A stretch of DNA of 64,000 nucleotides from a virus (lineage: Duplodnaviria > Caudoviricetes). The notes beneath the pieces were generated by a model. It had not been told where the DNA came from, did not search any database, and worked only from the letters and a program-made list of their open reading frames with translations. The position numbers and the translations under genes were made by a program. Of this stretch, positions 27,826-37,288 are shown piece after piece (the stretch's first letter is position 1; every line of letters begins with the position of its first letter). The stretch is from positions 63,666 to 127,665 of IMG/VR virus record IMGVR_UViG_3300002220_006617; one strand, written 5' to 3'.

Positions 27826-28076
27826 TCGAAGAAGTCACCCGTGAACTCGATCTGTACCGGTTTGCCAGAGATATCGGGCAGGACATAGATACCGTCCGGA
27901 ACATGCCATTGGAGAAGGCATATAAATGGATGATCGCCCTGACCCTGATGGCAGACACGTCACCAGTCCACCCCGCACGTCCACTCCCCCCACCAATCCC
28001 CGAAATGCCGCCTGCAGTTGAATGGGAAACCCAGATCGTTCGAACCAAAACCGGAAAGATCCTCGAACGAAGCTGA
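27517..28076 (+). CDS. Tail assembly chaperone GT via -1 frameshift
   Basis: The -1 frame is open from 27789 to TGA 28074-28076: ...LYRFARDIGQDIDTVRNMPLEKAYKWM... Confidence 0.72.
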
Positions 28077-28112
28077 CATTCCCTTTTAACCTTTTTTATT
28101 TCATACACCTAC

Positions 28113-29381
28113 ATGGATCCACAGACGGCAGTGCTCAACGCACTCCAGAAACTGAACAACCAGACCCTCGAGGAACTGTTCGTCAATACCGGTATTGATT
28201 CGCGGTCCCTCACCGCGGCCCTGGAAACCATGATTCAACAGAACAAAGTTGAATATGAAGACTGCCATTACCGGTTACGTCTCGTCTTCGCACCATTCCG
28301 GAAAGGCCGGAAAGTCGGAGATCTCAAATACAGTGCGGTCCTCGGCACCGCAGAGTTCCCGCCGGCATACCTGAACAAATATACCAACCATATTGTCCGG
28401 AGGTTCCAGGGAAATGCCGGTACCTGTGTCGGACAGTCCACGGCAGCATCACGGGACCTGGAATACGTCATGCTCACGGGCGAAATACCAACAGCTGCTG
28501 ACAAAGCCACCGTCACCCGGAACATCGGCAAAACCTATGGGCAATGCTGGTACGACATCCTGTATCCGACCTCGTTCTCAGCTGCATGGGTTTACTACAA
28601 AGCCCGGGAAGAAGCACACCAGCCGGACGACGACGGTGGCGGCGCTTACGTCTGGGCTGCCTGCAAGGTTCTCAAGGAACAGGGATGTTGCCTTGAAAGC
28701 CAGTGGAGGACCCCCAAAGACGGCAGAACTGACTGGAAAACACCAGTGCCCGGCTCAGACAACTTCACGAACCTGACTGCCGGGGAGTTTGCACCCCAGC
28801 ACAAGATCGACGGGTATTCAACCATCGACACGCCAAACGAGATGAAAGCAGCCCTGTACAAACACGGATATGCCTTAATCGGCATCCAGGTATTCGATGA
28901 CATCTACGATAACATGAACGCTGCAGAGTTCACGGCAAACGGCCAGTCAGTCGGCGGTCATGCCCTTGTAGCAGTCGGGTATGACGAAGATTACCTGTAC
29001 GTCATCAACTCATGGGAAGACTGCCCCCAGATCTGGAAAATGAAATGGGCTTACTACGTGGCAAACGTCGGAGAATCCTATGTCATCCTCGATGACGTAG
29101 AAACCAGGATCGCTGCAAGGAATTACGTGAAAGTTCCCATCACCAGTTCATACCCGGCAGAGATCACCATCCTCCAGGAAAAGATCGGGACCACCCCGAC
29201 ATCTGCCCTGCTGAACGGCGGGACCACTTATACCGTCACTGCCAAATGTTTCGGACGGACTCAGAAAAAGACCGTAACTATCAAAACCGGCACAACCGTT
29301 ACGTTCAAATTCTACCGGAACCGGCTCCGGGAAATCTTCGAATCGGTCAAGGACTACCTCATCGGTGCCAGGGACGAATAA
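28113..29381 (+). CDS. Papain-like (C1) cysteine peptidase with N-terminal wHTH-like and C-terminal PEGA-like domains
   Basis: QGNAGTCVG, GGHALVAVGY, VINSW catalytic motifs. Confidence 0.85.
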   Translation: MDPQTAVLNALQKLNNQTLEELFVNTGIDSRSLTAALETMIQQNKVEYEDCHYRLRLVFAPFRKGRKVGDLKYSAVLGTAEFPPAYLNKYTNHIVRRFQGNAGTCVGQSTAASRDLEYVMLTGEIPTAADKATVTRNIGKTYGQCWYDILYPTSFSAAWVYYKAREEAHQPDDDGGGAYVWAACKVLKEQGCCLESQWRTPKDGRTDWKTPVPGSDNFTNLTAGEFAPQHKIDGYSTIDTPNEMKAALYKHGYALIGIQVFDDIYDNMNAAEFTANGQSVGGHALVAVGYDEDYLYVINSWEDCPQIWKMKWAYYVANVGESYVILDDVETRIAARNYVKVPITSSYPAEITILQEKIGTTPTSALLNGGTTYTVTAKCFGRTQKKTVTIKTGTTVTFKFYRNRLREIFESVKDYLIGARDE

Positions 29382-29426
29382 CCTCCCTGACATTTCTTTT
29401 TATCCCTATCAACTTCCTTTAGTACT

Positions 29427-32400
29427 ATGGCTGATCCTGTCCCCGATAACTATTTAATAAAACCGTATGGGGATACCTTCATCCCGTATTTTCGCCAGGT
29501 CATGGGGGTAGCCAAAGAGATCACCTTACCTGACGGCTCAGAATACGTTACCGAAGCTGAGGCCAACAGCATCATCGACCAGATCATGCAGGACCGCAAA
29601 GGCACGTCAGCCCAGCGAATCCAGCAGAACCGGAACCTGTATATCCGCGACATCCCGATGCAGATGCAACAGGACGTCGGGTTCTATGATCCTTATTCAA
29701 CGGGATTCTACGAAGAATTCGATAAAGTCCTCGGCGACGCTATCAACAACAAATCCGCTGAAATCGATGGGAAGATCGAAGATACAAAAATTGAGATCGG
29801 CCTTCTGGAACTCCAACGGAACGACCCGGGATTATCATGGTCGGATAAAACCGATCTCAATCGCCAGATAAAAGAAACCGACAACGAACTCAAAACGTTA
29901 ATGCTGGTCGCTTCCGTGGCACATAACGTCCAGGCCGTCTGCTACATGCCCCAACTGTTCCTCAATTCAGCTGAGGATGCCATCAGCATTGGGTTTTCCA
30001 ACAAATATCAGGCAGATACCTTAACCCGCCTGTACAATACCAACGAAGCCTGGCAATCGGCAATCACCCAGCGATTGTTCGGGGGAATGGTCCAGGCCGC
30101 CAAAGCAGACCCGCTCCAGTTCGGGCTCGATATGGTTGTCGGCATCCTTGCATCCAAAGGTGTTGCAAAAGCCGCCGGAAAAATAACACCAAAAGTATTC
30201 CCGAAAACCGAGATAAAAACCTTAGCCGACGGCCAGGTCAAAGTCACCACCAGATCATGGTCGGTTACTGACTTCAAAGAATCCATTGTCGATAAAGTCA
30301 AGGAAAAACTTCAGATCACCACAAAAGATCCCGTCAAACTCAACACACAGTTTGACCAGATCAAGAAATATTACGATAACGCCAACACAATTCTCAGTTA
30401 CTACGCCAAACCGGCATGGTTACGTTCCCCGGTCCAGATGGATTACAACCCGCGAAGCGGCAGGGCCCCAACCGAACGAGAAATGGAGTTCATGACCCTC
30501 ATTGCCGATCAGTTAACCAAAACAGGGGTCTCAACAGAAATCGCAATACGTAACCCGGTACAGTCTCTCAAACAGATCAAAGCCAGTCTTTATCATGACC
30601 CGGCAGCCCTGTCAAAAATCGTCTATGTCGCCCACCAGAAACTCGGTGCAGCTCTCGGGTTATCGATCTGGAACCAGCTCGAGAAAATGCCGGAATCAGA
30701 GAACCTGAGAGTAAAACAACAGATTGTTGACAAAATCATTGATACCGGAATACCCGTATCTGACCTTCCGCCAACTGCAATTGCACGAATCTTCAACCAG
30801 GAAAATCTGATTACCGGCCGGGACGAAACCTTCGTCAAAAACATGGATTTCCTGAAACGCGGGGGTGAACTATCCCCGGAATTTTATGATCTCAACGATC
30901 TTAGCCGTATCCCGCTGGACGTTGCACTATCACCGAAATCTTCGAACCAGATCGCCGACCTTATCCCACGAATCCGGCAGAAACTGAACATCGAAGAACG
31001 TATCGAACTGGTCAAACGACTCCAGGACCTCAAAGCCCAGAATAAAGATATGGTAATCAGCCCGTATCATATCGACTGGGTATTATATGGGTTCGGCGTT
31101 CTCGAACTTCCGGAAATCCGCGATAAATTCAATAAAGAAATAGTGCGATTAGGCCCAATGGCTGCTATCAACCTGAAATATTTCAGTTATGAAGAAAGTC
31201 CTGATTTTATCAAAAACTCCAACCTGAACAGCCAGGACCGGAAAAAACAGTTTCTTGTTGAAGCAAAATCTGAATCGGCAATGCGATCCAATGCCCGGTT
31301 CGAACCTGACGAGAACGGTAACATTATCGACACTTCCGTACAATTTTCATCAATCGATGTCGGATCTACTTCATTAGGATACATCCCTGTCAACTATGGG
31401 AATATCATCAAAGAATACATTGAAACCAATATCTGGGAACCAAACCTCAAATTAACCAATTACAACGAAGCTGCAGTAAAAAGACTGGCTGAACTTCAAC
31501 AGAAACGTACTGAATACACCGATCTTTCCATGAACGAGATCCTTGAATTAACCGATAATACCAAGAACCTCATGCCGAAAAATTCAGCAGAATACCGGGA
31601 ATTTCTCGACCGGAAAGCCGGGTACATTGGCCCGAACACATTAAACGCCATGGAAACTGCAGATTATTCCCCTATCAACAACATTGAACTGGAAAAACTA
31701 ATTTACGGCCCAAAATGGGCAGATTACGCAACTTCAGAAATCTCCATGGATGCACAATCTCACGGTAAAAGCGGTAACGAAGGGTTACGCATGGCACGGA
31801 CATTATCGGCCGACGGAGTTACCCAACGCGATCGTGGAGCATTCAACCTGAACCGAAGAACCCGGGCTATCAGCAGTTACCCTGCCGATGCATTACGGCT
31901 CAACAACAACAAAGTCAGCACATTCTTAACCAGCAGCCAGGGCATTTATGAAGGCGAACGGATGATCTGGGAATCTGGCAGTATGATCACCCGTGCAAAA
32001 CAAGATGCCAAAGATCTTGCCATCGGCCGGGGGGCCATCTCAATAGATCAATCAACCGGTTTACCTTTAACCGAAACCCAGCGATTAAAAAAACTAGCAG
32101 ACGCAACTGCATGGATCCAAAAATTCAATTCGGTATGGTATAATGAAAAAATTGTTGAAACCTCACTTGGCCCCGTAAAAACCTACCCGGACCGACCCAG
32201 TTATATCGAATACCTTGTAGAATCAGGAAAATCATACCTGCCCGGTGCAGAGATGCCGCCCAATCCCTTTGCACAAGGATATGATTTCAACGTCTTCGGG
32301 GCAGGACAGAAGTACCTTGGCAAATCCAACGTAGGTTATAAAAAACTCAATTACCTCAAAGAAGTCCTGAAAGCATCTGACGGTGTAGCAAATTCAGATC

Positions 32401-33350
32401 CATGGATTTACGAACAGTTACTCAACATGGGCCTCGCAGAAGGCGGCCCTGCCACGGGCATTGATAAAACATTCCTCAAAACCCGGGCATTATTTGACCC
32501 GGTTGCTAAAAGATGGGATCAATCCGGACAAGCTCCACTTGATCCCAGAAACCGCATATGGAAAAAGACCGAACGAGCCCGGAAAGAAGCATTAACCCGT
32601 CTGGAAGTCGGGGCCCGTGACGTTGATGGCGTTCTTCTTGACCGCGGGGGTATTGAATGGACTGAAAGTATCCAGAACCTCGAGTACCAGGAAACAAAAC
32701 AACTGTATGACAACCCGGGATCTATGCCAACCGCTGAAGAACTGCTAGATACCGGCGAATATAACATGGACAAAAATATCGATGACCTGTTCAGCGGAAA
32801 CGATCCGTGGAACTCGCTGGTCGCACGAAAGACCAAGTATCAGGTCCCTTCAACATTCACCAGAATTCCCACAGATTTCAACCAGGACCTCCAGAATAAC
32901 GGGTTCTTCGAACAGTTCAAAGGATTCATCAGCAACGCCATGCAATTTGCCCAGATAAAGGAAAATACCCTCAAAACCGATCAACAGGACGCCATTACAG
33001 TCATGAAAACCCAGGATAAATCCCATACAAGTGCCTGGGATCTTCAGTCCAACATTGTCAACAATTATCTGGAATCACTTAACCGGAACCAACAGGCTGC
33101 TGTCAATGCCAGCACAGAAACCCCGCCCATGGACGCCATCTTCGAGACCAACATCAGTTCCACCCCGCAAGGCAACAGCAAACTGTTCGGGATCCCATTA
33201 CTGGCAAAGACTGCACAGGTAACCGAAACCGTTGAAGGTAAGAAAGGTACTGCCAGCCAGGAAACCCTGGTTGCCGAACAGGTAGCCAACCTTGCCCTGC
33301 CACTTGTCATCAAAAATCTCGGATTATTAGCCCGGAAATACGTGACATAA
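29427..33350 (+). CDS. Large virion protein (1307 aa), tape-measure/ejection protein candidate
   Basis: Position after chaperones; N-terminal coiled coil and G/A-rich hydrophobic segment. Confidence 0.55.
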   Translation: MADPVPDNYLIKPYGDTFIPYFRQVMGVAKEITLPDGSEYVTEAEANSIIDQIMQDRKGTSAQRIQQNRNLYIRDIPMQMQQDVGFYDPYSTGFYEEFDKVLGDAINNKSAEIDGKIEDTKIEIGLLELQRNDPGLSWSDKTDLNRQIKETDNELKTLMLVASVAHNVQAVCYMPQLFLNSAEDAISIGFSNKYQADTLTRLYNTNEAWQSAITQRLFGGMVQAAKADPLQFGLDMVVGILASKGVAKAAGKITPKVFPKTEIKTLADGQVKVTTRSWSVTDFKESIVDKVKEKLQITTKDPVKLNTQFDQIKKYYDNANTILSYYAKPAWLRSPVQMDYNPRSGRAPTEREMEFMTLIADQLTKTGVSTEIAIRNPVQSLKQIKASLYHDPAALSKIVYVAHQKLGAALGLSIWNQLEKMPESENLRVKQQIVDKIIDTGIPVSDLPPTAIARIFNQENLITGRDETFVKNMDFLKRGGELSPEFYDLNDLSRIPLDVALSPKSSNQIADLIPRIRQKLNIEERIELVKRLQDLKAQNKDMVISPYHIDWVLYGFGVLELPEIRDKFNKEIVRLGPMAAINLKYFSYEESPDFIKNSNLNSQDRKKQFLVEAKSESAMRSNARFEPDENGNIIDTSVQFSSIDVGSTSLGYIPVNYGNIIKEYIETNIWEPNLKLTNYNEAAVKRLAELQQKRTEYTDLSMNEILELTDNTKNLMPKNSAEYREFLDRKAGYIGPNTLNAMETADYSPINNIELEKLIYGPKWADYATSEISMDAQSHGKSGNEGLRMARTLSADGVTQRDRGAFNLNRRTRAISSYPADALRLNNNKVSTFLTSSQGIYEGERMIWESGSMITRAKQDAKDLAIGRGAISIDQSTGLPLTETQRLKKLADATAWIQKFNSVWYNEKIVETSLGPVKTYPDRPSYIEYLVESGKSYLPGAEMPPNPFAQGYDFNVFGAGQKYLGKSNVGYKKLNYLKEVLKASDGVANSDPWIYEQLLNMGLAEGGPATGIDKTFLKTRALFDPVAKRWDQSGQAPLDPRNRIWKKTERARKEALTRLEVGARDVDGVLLDRGGIEWTESIQNLEYQETKQLYDNPGSMPTAEELLDTGEYNMDKNIDDLFSGNDPWNSLVARKTKYQVPSTFTRIPTDFNQDLQNNGFFEQFKGFISNAMQFAQIKENTLKTDQQDAITVMKTQDKSHTSAWDLQSNIVNNYLESLNRNQQAAVNASTETPPMDAIFETNISSTPQGNSKLFGIPLLAKTAQVTETVEGKKGTASQETLVAEQVANLALPLVIKNLGLLARKYVT

Positions 33351-33351
33351 C

Positions 33352-36300
33352 ATGGCCCCCCCGTCCACATTTGTCTACAAATATTTCGGCCATGACCAGA
33401 TCGATCCCAACGCACCGGTCGGTGCATCAGTCCCGGTCGCCGAGACCCTTGACCTGGGTATGGGTGGCAACCAACGGGTCCTGGCCGATTCACGATTATT
33501 CACCCAGGAAAGCCGGCCGATCGATATCCCTCTTGTTTATTCAGAAGGGAACCGGTTGGAAGAAGAACGGATCTGGAGTTCAATCAGTCCAACCTCAAAA
33601 GCAGGAGTGGCCCTTGCCAACCAGTATTCATCAGCGTATAATCGCCCCGGTGGCATGCAGGAGATGTATCCTGGGCCTTTAGGCACCACCCTGGACGCAT
33701 TATCTCCCGGAACGTTAAGTGCGCTGGAACAAACGCAAGGCCCTGTAGAACGGTATCGGACACAGGCCGTAAAATGGTTCCTTGCCTCAACATTATGGGG
33801 CGCTACCGATCTATACCGGGTCCCGTACTGGGCAGAAGCCGGCGCAAAGATCCTCAACGACGGGAATTCCATAACCGATCCCCTGTCTATACCCCGATCT
33901 GTCTACAAAGCAGCTATGACGGTCGGAGTCACGGCCGGACAAATGATTCCAGCTATGGGGAGCCTCATGCTCGAGGAACCAGGAGCTGCGCCGGGAATGG
34001 CTGCTGCCATGATGATCCCCAGTTCCTGGGGAGGTAAAACATCAACCGTTGCCAAAAGCCTGAGAACCTCAGAAAAGTTTGACCGGATCCTTGAACTTAC
34101 CGACAATATCGATCGAACACAGATCATCTCAAAATGGAACCAGCGCCGCCGGTATATTTCCAATGGAATGGAAGGTCTTGAAGCAGAAAAACTCCAGAGT
34201 TACCCCCTCAGTAAAGTCCTTGAAGAACAGGAAAGTATCTGGACACAACTCCGGGGATGCAAAACCCTTGATGAACGAATAGAGCTCTATGAATCCATTG
34301 CATCCCCGGAATACCGGATGTTTGAACAGACATTCAATAGCGATGACTCGATCATCAGCATGTCTGCTGAGCAATATCAGGCATCCTCATCATTATACAA
34401 AGAAGTCCTCCTCCAGTATCCCGGGTCTTCTATCCGGGAGGCTTCACAACTCAAGTCATCCGCCTTAAAACACGATATTTACACCCCCAACAATGCTCTT
34501 GGAGAAGCCTTCCAGACTGTTGACGACTGGGCAAAAGGCCGGTTACCTGAAGCCCCGGACGGGCCGGAAGGAAAATTCATCTGGGACATCAAAGGCGGTC
34601 ACCATTTATCCGAAGACTGGACCCAGTGGGTGGTCTCCATCAAAGACCGGGCCGGCAATATCTATTTCCGCCGGTTTGCTGAGGTCATGAACATCGGAGA
34701 ATCTTCAAAAGTTATCGGGAAAAATGCAATACGATTCAACCGCCGCATGCTGGAAACGGCGCTCGGTAAAGGCGTTACCCTCCAGGGCCTTACCACAGAA
34801 GGATTCAATACCATTAACCGGGCGTTCGGCGGTCTTAACAATGACGGAATGGCTATTGCAAAATCAGTTGACCCGATCCGCATCCCCAAAATCGCAACTG
34901 ACGGCTCCATAGCCATAGGCCCGGATGGAAACATTGTAAAAGTCCAGCAAAACCCCTGGAAAGCATTAGCGAGGTACGACAAACCCCAACCTCTCCCAAC
35001 AATTGCCCGGGACCGCCTCAAAGAAGCCATTACGTTCATTTCAGAACGGGTTTACGAAACCAACGATGCAAAGAATTTACAGTATAAAATAAATTTTGGC
35101 AACCCGACCATGGCAGAGCGAGTACGATGGGACCAGTTCAGCCGCGGCATTATCCCTACTGCCAAAAGCCCCATAAAACTGGATGAATATTTCGACGAGA
35201 AACTTTACAACAAAAATCCCGAAGCGTACCTCATAAAACATGCCATGGATCCCGAAGATAAAGACCTAGTCTACGCCCTCAATGAAAAGCCAGCAAAACG
35301 CGGCCCCGATTACGATGAACTGGAACACCTGACAAACGAAGAACGTAAAGCCCGGATCCGCAATGCGATGTTTGAAGACGGACTTACCGGAGGATACAGC
35401 CCTGAAAACATCATCAACTGGTTACAGGGTAAACACACATTCAAAGTAGTTGGTCAACTCCGTACCCATCTGGTCCCGAACTTCATCAACGCAGCCTGGG
35501 ATTTCAGTGTCAATGAAAATTACAAATGGAACAAGTTCACGACAAGCATTGCAAAAGATCTCATTTACGACCGGGTGGCTGCCGGCCGTATGCAACAGAT
35601 CGGTTTCAAAGTATTTGATTACGAGAAAAAAGCCGTCAAATACATCAGGAGAACCGTATTCCGGGATAAAACCGTTGATTACAACCGGTTCCTTGATTTC
35701 ATCGGGCTCCGAAGGAAAATAACAGACGGCGTAAACTATTATGCCCCGGTAACCACGGAAAACCCGCTGGGTAAAGGGTACTGGGGCCAAAGAGCCCAGA
35801 ATATGTGGAATGATTACCACACATACTGGGATAACCAGGAACAAATCCAGGGGCACGTCATCATTGACAAACCCGGCATTCCGGCAGAATACTGGATATT
35901 ACGGAGTCTTGATTACTGGTGGAACGCCCCGAAAATCGCTGCCAGACAAAACCGGTTAATCTCGTTCGCCGTCAATTCTGCAAACTTATATACGGCATAT
36001 GGGCTCTCCATCATCAACGAACTCGGTGTCAAACGGTTCCTCAAAGCCGAATATTTAACCAATATCATCAATGAAGAACGCTGGAACACCGAGTATAAAC
36101 AACCAATCAATTACATTGATCTCATGTATCTTGCGAGCATGAACACAGCGCCCATGACGGGCTGGGCAGTAGACGTTCTCAACTCGCTCAGTGCGTCCGG
36201 TATCGGGATTACAACAAACCAGGGTGTTGCAGCAAAAGCCGGTACCAACTCAATCACCAACAACTATGCTAAATTCCACGACTGGAAATCCAATTTCGAT

Positions 36301-37236
36301 TCGGCAATGTATCCTGTCTTCTATTCCGGCACAACCTCCCAGGTTCCCGACATGTATGCAATCAGGTGGACCGGCCGGGTAAATGGTGTTGATGACGAAG
36401 GATATACCCTGACATTCACGCCAGGAGTAACATTCATCGACCAGCGGATCCTGACCGAACGCGGCATTACAGCAACCATTGCCGAACAGAACTACCAGAA
36501 ACTGCTGGCACTGGATACCGAAGCAAAGAACGCCGAGACCTCACGAATCTCTGCCATCAACCGGGCCCCCCTGCTCGCCAGCGATTACAATAACCAGTAT
36601 ACCATCGAACGCGGCGACGCAAACAAGAAAAATATTGAAATGCCGAGGTTAAGCGTATCGGGCACAGTTGGAGCCGTAGTCACCCGGGTTGTTGATGGGG
36701 ATACATTCGATGTCACCCTCGATAACGGCCAGCGCCTGAAAATACGGGTCCTCGGTGTCGATACTCCTGAGACCAATTTAGGAAAGAATAAACCTTCACG
36801 GTTCAATGGGAAATCCAAAACATTCCTGTATTACCAGGCAAAAAATGCAAAATATTTCGCTATTGCCACCCTGCAGGGTAAACGAGTCAAACTCCAGCTG
36901 GACGCCGCCAACCAAGGTATTGACGGGTATGGCCGTACCCTGGCGTACCTATTCTACGGGCCGAACGGCGAATATGATTATACAGACACCCTGATCGTCA
37001 ATGGTTACGCACGGGTATCCCAGTATAAGGTATCAAGAACTGCTGATTACCTGACCCGGCAGGAATATGCAAAAGAACATTGTCTCGGGATCTGGAGCGG
37101 CGACGGCGATCCCATGGCTGACGGGAACCAGACAACTTCCGAAAAGACCAAAATCATTGAACAGGCAGTCGATCTCACTGCAGATTATGTTATCCGCAAC
37201 ATCTCGGTTTACATCGGAGCAAAACCTCTGGTGTGA
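33352..37236 (+). CDS. Large virion protein (1294 aa) with C-terminal thermonuclease (SNase) domain
   Basis: VTRVVDGDT, IRVLGVDTPE, DGYGRTLAY, AKEHCLGIW. Confidence 0.8.
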   Translation: MAPPSTFVYKYFGHDQIDPNAPVGASVPVAETLDLGMGGNQRVLADSRLFTQESRPIDIPLVYSEGNRLEEERIWSSISPTSKAGVALANQYSSAYNRPGGMQEMYPGPLGTTLDALSPGTLSALEQTQGPVERYRTQAVKWFLASTLWGATDLYRVPYWAEAGAKILNDGNSITDPLSIPRSVYKAAMTVGVTAGQMIPAMGSLMLEEPGAAPGMAAAMMIPSSWGGKTSTVAKSLRTSEKFDRILELTDNIDRTQIISKWNQRRRYISNGMEGLEAEKLQSYPLSKVLEEQESIWTQLRGCKTLDERIELYESIASPEYRMFEQTFNSDDSIISMSAEQYQASSSLYKEVLLQYPGSSIREASQLKSSALKHDIYTPNNALGEAFQTVDDWAKGRLPEAPDGPEGKFIWDIKGGHHLSEDWTQWVVSIKDRAGNIYFRRFAEVMNIGESSKVIGKNAIRFNRRMLETALGKGVTLQGLTTEGFNTINRAFGGLNNDGMAIAKSVDPIRIPKIATDGSIAIGPDGNIVKVQQNPWKALARYDKPQPLPTIARDRLKEAITFISERVYETNDAKNLQYKINFGNPTMAERVRWDQFSRGIIPTAKSPIKLDEYFDEKLYNKNPEAYLIKHAMDPEDKDLVYALNEKPAKRGPDYDELEHLTNEERKARIRNAMFEDGLTGGYSPENIINWLQGKHTFKVVGQLRTHLVPNFINAAWDFSVNENYKWNKFTTSIAKDLIYDRVAAGRMQQIGFKVFDYEKKAVKYIRRTVFRDKTVDYNRFLDFIGLRRKITDGVNYYAPVTTENPLGKGYWGQRAQNMWNDYHTYWDNQEQIQGHVIIDKPGIPAEYWILRSLDYWWNAPKIAARQNRLISFAVNSANLYTAYGLSIINELGVKRFLKAEYLTNIINEERWNTEYKQPINYIDLMYLASMNTAPMTGWAVDVLNSLSASGIGITTNQGVAAKAGTNSITNNYAKFHDWKSNFDSAMYPVFYSGTTSQVPDMYAIRWTGRVNGVDDEGYTLTFTPGVTFIDQRILTERGITATIAEQNYQKLLALDTEAKNAETSRISAINRAPLLASDYNNQYTIERGDANKKNIEMPRLSVSGTVGAVVTRVVDGDTFDVTLDNGQRLKIRVLGVDTPETNLGKNKPSRFNGKSKTFLYYQAKNAKYFAIATLQGKRVKLQLDAANQGIDGYGRTLAYLFYGPNGEYDYTDTLIVNGYARVSQYKVSRTADYLTRQEYAKEHCLGIWSGDGDPMADGNQTTSEKTKIIEQAVDLTADYVIRNISVYIGAKPLV

Positions 37237-37288
37237 CATTTCCTTTTAAATCTGCATCATTAACTCCTAACCAGGAGTGAGTTTTTCA

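Noticed and set aside
29427-37236. Calling the giant proteins virion RNA polymerase subunits
   Set aside because: No DxDGD or single-subunit RNAP motifs seen (VVDGD belongs to the SNase domain); kept only as a hypothesis
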